Origin: Jimgerdemannia flammicorona
Taxonomy: Eukaryota
Length of the DNA stretch: 34,159 bases
Assembly: GCA_003990765.1 (NCBI GenBank)
Contig: RBNJ01000285.1
Coordinates: forward strand, 1 to 34,159
Direction: 5' to 3'
The position numbers were made by a program, and so were the translations under genes. Below are positions 31,575-34,159 of this stretch, one piece after another; position 1 is the first letter of the stretch, and every line of letters begins with the position of its first letter. The notes beneath the pieces were generated by a model that was not told the DNA's origin, made no database searches, and worked only from the letters and a program-made list of their open reading frames with translations.

Positions 31575-33705
31575 CACACTTTTACAACACACTTTCAAGT
31601 TATTTATTAGAGAAAGGTATTAAGGCAATATCAACCAGTAAGCAAGCCAATACACATACTAGGCTGGGCAGACCTGGGACCTTTAACTGGCAGCATGTTG
31701 GGAGAGAGTATGGACTTGGGATGGGATCCTTTAGTGGCTCAAGTGGGCAGGGCAGCTTGGGCAGTAGAGGTAGCACTGGTGGGGAGACTGGAGAGTAGCA
31801 GGAAAGGAGCTTTGTGGACACACTGAGGACTGGAGGTTAGCCGATAGGAGCTTGCAGTGGACAGACAAGAGGGAAGGGGAAGCAGAAGGTTGGGGATACT
31901 GGGGGTGCTGGGCCTTTACTAGTGAGAGGTAGAGAAAGTGGAGCAGCTGCTGGGAGTAGTAGCAGGACTGCTAATGGTGGCATGACTGGGAATCTGGAAA
32001 AAAATCCAGATGTGACTATTGATGTGAGGGCTGGGCAGGTGGGCCCGAAGAGGAAGGGGGATCTGGCTAATGGTGTGATGGGGCTGGCAGTAGCACAATT
32101 ACTCAAGAAATTGATCTCAGAGTTTGTAGCCACCTTGTGCTTCTGGGGCTTGGCAGTGACAGCAAGGATAGTCCTAGAGCTTATCTCAAAGCAGGTGGCT
32201 GGAGCCACCTTAGTGAAGTTTCTAAAGAGGCTGGAGGGGGTTGAGGTGGGCTTTGAGGAGGCAGGTATACTAGATGAGACTCTGAAGGCTGGAGTAGTAG
32301 TTGGGGAGATAGTAGTCCCTATGGTGCATTACCTGAGATGGGACCCCAGGGTAGTGCAGCTACTGGTGAAGAGAGTGCCTATGGTGACAGTGGTCAAGAC
32401 AAAGAGAAGGGTTGAGAAGGTAATGGCTGATTATAGTGATGTGGTAGATATTGGTTTTCAGATTTGGAAGGGGACCACCATCAGGACTAGGGATGTTGAT
32501 GTCAGGATTTGACTGGCAGAGAAGGAGGCTACTGGGAAGTTGAGTGAATGACCAGTGGTGATACTTTGGGAGGCTTTCAGCTATTGAGTGTCAAGGGTGA
32601 AAGAGAGTGAGGAGGAGGAGGAGAATCTACTAGAGGCTCTGAAAGAGATAAGTGGGGCTGTCAAGTAGAGGGCAAAGGCCTGGAGGAAATATGTAGAGTT
32701 GATGTACTTGGAGATTGTGGAGGGGAAACATATCTGTACTGACAAGAGGCAGTGAGAGCAGACCCAGGGACACAAGAGGCAGAGAGAGCTTTTGGCAAGT
32801 ATGAATAGAGGGGCAATAAAGAAGTTGGATGAGGCTGAGGAGTCTAGAGACATTGAAGCCAGTATCTGGGCTAGTAAAGGAGGAGGAGAGGTAGAGGTGA
32901 ATAAGGAAGAGGCTAGGAAGGTGCTGGGCAAGGATCCTTATGTAGATAGTACATTCAAAGTCTGGGAGCAAGATTTGGATAGCACCCCCCCCCCCACTTA
33001 TCAGGAGGGACCCAGTTGGGAAGAGAGGGGAAGCAGAGGATATGCTGATGCAGGAGGCCTAGCAAGTTCACTTTGGGGTCCCAGATGTGGCGAAAGGGGG
33101 CCAGGTGGTAGTAGTTGGCAAGGATGAGCTGGTGGATATCTGGGAGGAGGAGTGGGATAAGACTGCTAGTGTAGGAGTAGATACCACAATGCTGGATGCA
33201 GGGTGGCCAGGGACTCCTGGAGGAAAGGAGGTGGGGAACCTGCTGTAGATAAGCAAGATAATGGATAACCTCATGGCTGAGGATTTGAGAGAGGTGGACC
33301 TGTGTGTGATGTCTGAGGAGTATTGGGCATGGATCCTATATGGAGATGGGGTGGTGGAGGCACTGAAGGTGGAGATTCTTGCAATTTTCCTGGAGGAGGA
33401 GAGATATAAGGTTGATAAGGTGAGAGAGGTAGAGCTGGCAGTTGTTGCTGGTGAGTGAGCTGCCTACTATTGGGCAGAGCATCATGGTTTGTAGCTCTGG
33501 CAGAAGGCCTGTATGGAGTATTATAAGGACTTTGAGAAGAAAGAGGATAGGGTAATGGCTGAACTTCTGGGGGGGTTAGAGACACAGGAAGCTAAAGAGA
33601 AGGGACTAGCTGCAGAATATGACTTGGACTTGATGCAGGAGGACCTGAATGCAGATTGGTAGTAGATGAGTGCAATAAACAATAGTATTTCTTATAAACA
33701 GTGTA
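31575..33705 (+). mobile_element. L1/Tx1-like LINE 'C': ORF1 (about 31628-33662), truncated at the ORF2 start
   Basis: ORF pieces 31532, 31922 and 32792 are in one frame, with a shift before 33261. The protein aligns with LINE B ORF1 (VEVGF/VDIGF, YLRWD/CLRWD, VVDIGF/IVDFGF, EDLREVD/EDIKEVD). An in-frame ATG at 33666 follows the stop. Confidence 0.82.
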
Positions 33706-33756
33706 ACTAACATTTTCTCTCTAAATGTGAATGGGTTATGGAGTTCTGGGTGGTAT

Positions 33757-34100
33757 TAGTGCTCCGCAAACCCGACCCGATTAACCCAAAACCTGACCCA
33801 TAAAACAGCCAACCCGGAATTAGACGTCACCCGTCTTTAACCCAACCCGGAATTATACGTCACCCATCTTTAACCTGACCCGGAATTATACGTCACCCGT
33901 CTTTAACCCGACCCAGAATTGTATGTCACCCGTCTTTAACCCGACCTGGAATAATACGTCACCCGTCTTTAACCCAACCTGGAAATGTATGTCACCCGAC
34001 CCGTTATTTACCCTTAACCCAAACCTGAACCCGACCCCTGAACCCGACCCTGAACCCGACCCCTGAACCCGACCCTGAACCCGACCCTCTGAACTCTGCT
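33757..34100 (+). mobile_element. Probable left terminus of a hAT-like DNA transposon or MITE with ACCCG subterminal repeats
   Basis: Starts TAGTGCTCCGCAAACCCGACCCG; dense ACCCG motifs as known for hAT subterminal regions. The other end is not in the window. Confidence 0.45.
33812..33998. repeat. Tandem 33-bp repeat (acccggaattatacgtcacccgtctttaacccg), about 5.7 copies; followed by 12-13 bp tgaacccgaccc(c) repeats at 34026-34087
   Basis: Units start at 33812, 33845, 33878, 33911, 33944, 33977. Confidence 0.93.
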
Positions 34101-34159
34101 CTGAAAAAATGATTCGGAAAATATTTGGATAATATTCAGAGTAATTGAAAGTGAAAAAT

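Noticed and set aside
34010..34090. Telomere-like CCCTAA variants (cccttaaccc, ccctgaaccc)
   Set aside because: No run of true hexamer repeats, and unique sequence continues beyond; better explained as ACCCG subterminal motifs.

Overview
Eukaryotic, most likely fungal, DNA. The taxon is not determinable from sequence alone; spliceosomal introns plus L1/Tx1-type LINEs and Ty3/gypsy elements would fit an early-diverging, repeat-rich fungus. There is one convincing host gene: a 5-exon secreted SGNH/GDSL esterase resembling carbohydrate esterase family 2 (2142-3573). It is followed by an AT-rich relic, then a CpG-rich composite minisatellite inside what may be a decayed minus-strand gene (Ulp1-like and ZZ-like remnants). 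The rest is about 23 kb of nested, heavily C>T/G>A-mutated transposons. Two diverged, tail-to-tail copies of one Ty3/gypsy family (plus a third LTR at the window start) encode gag-PR-[Cys/His motif]-dUTPase-RT-RNaseH-IN. Both copies also carry a cryptic ~150-codon ORF between integrase and the PPT, visible only when the two decayed copies are aligned. Three TSD-flanked poly(A) insertions, three L1/Tx1-like LINE fragments (two with an ORF1 sharing an unrecognised C-terminal domain), further LTR-like relics and a hAT-like terminus with 33-bp repeats complete the window. All translations and alignments were done by eye; boundaries of decayed elements are approximate.
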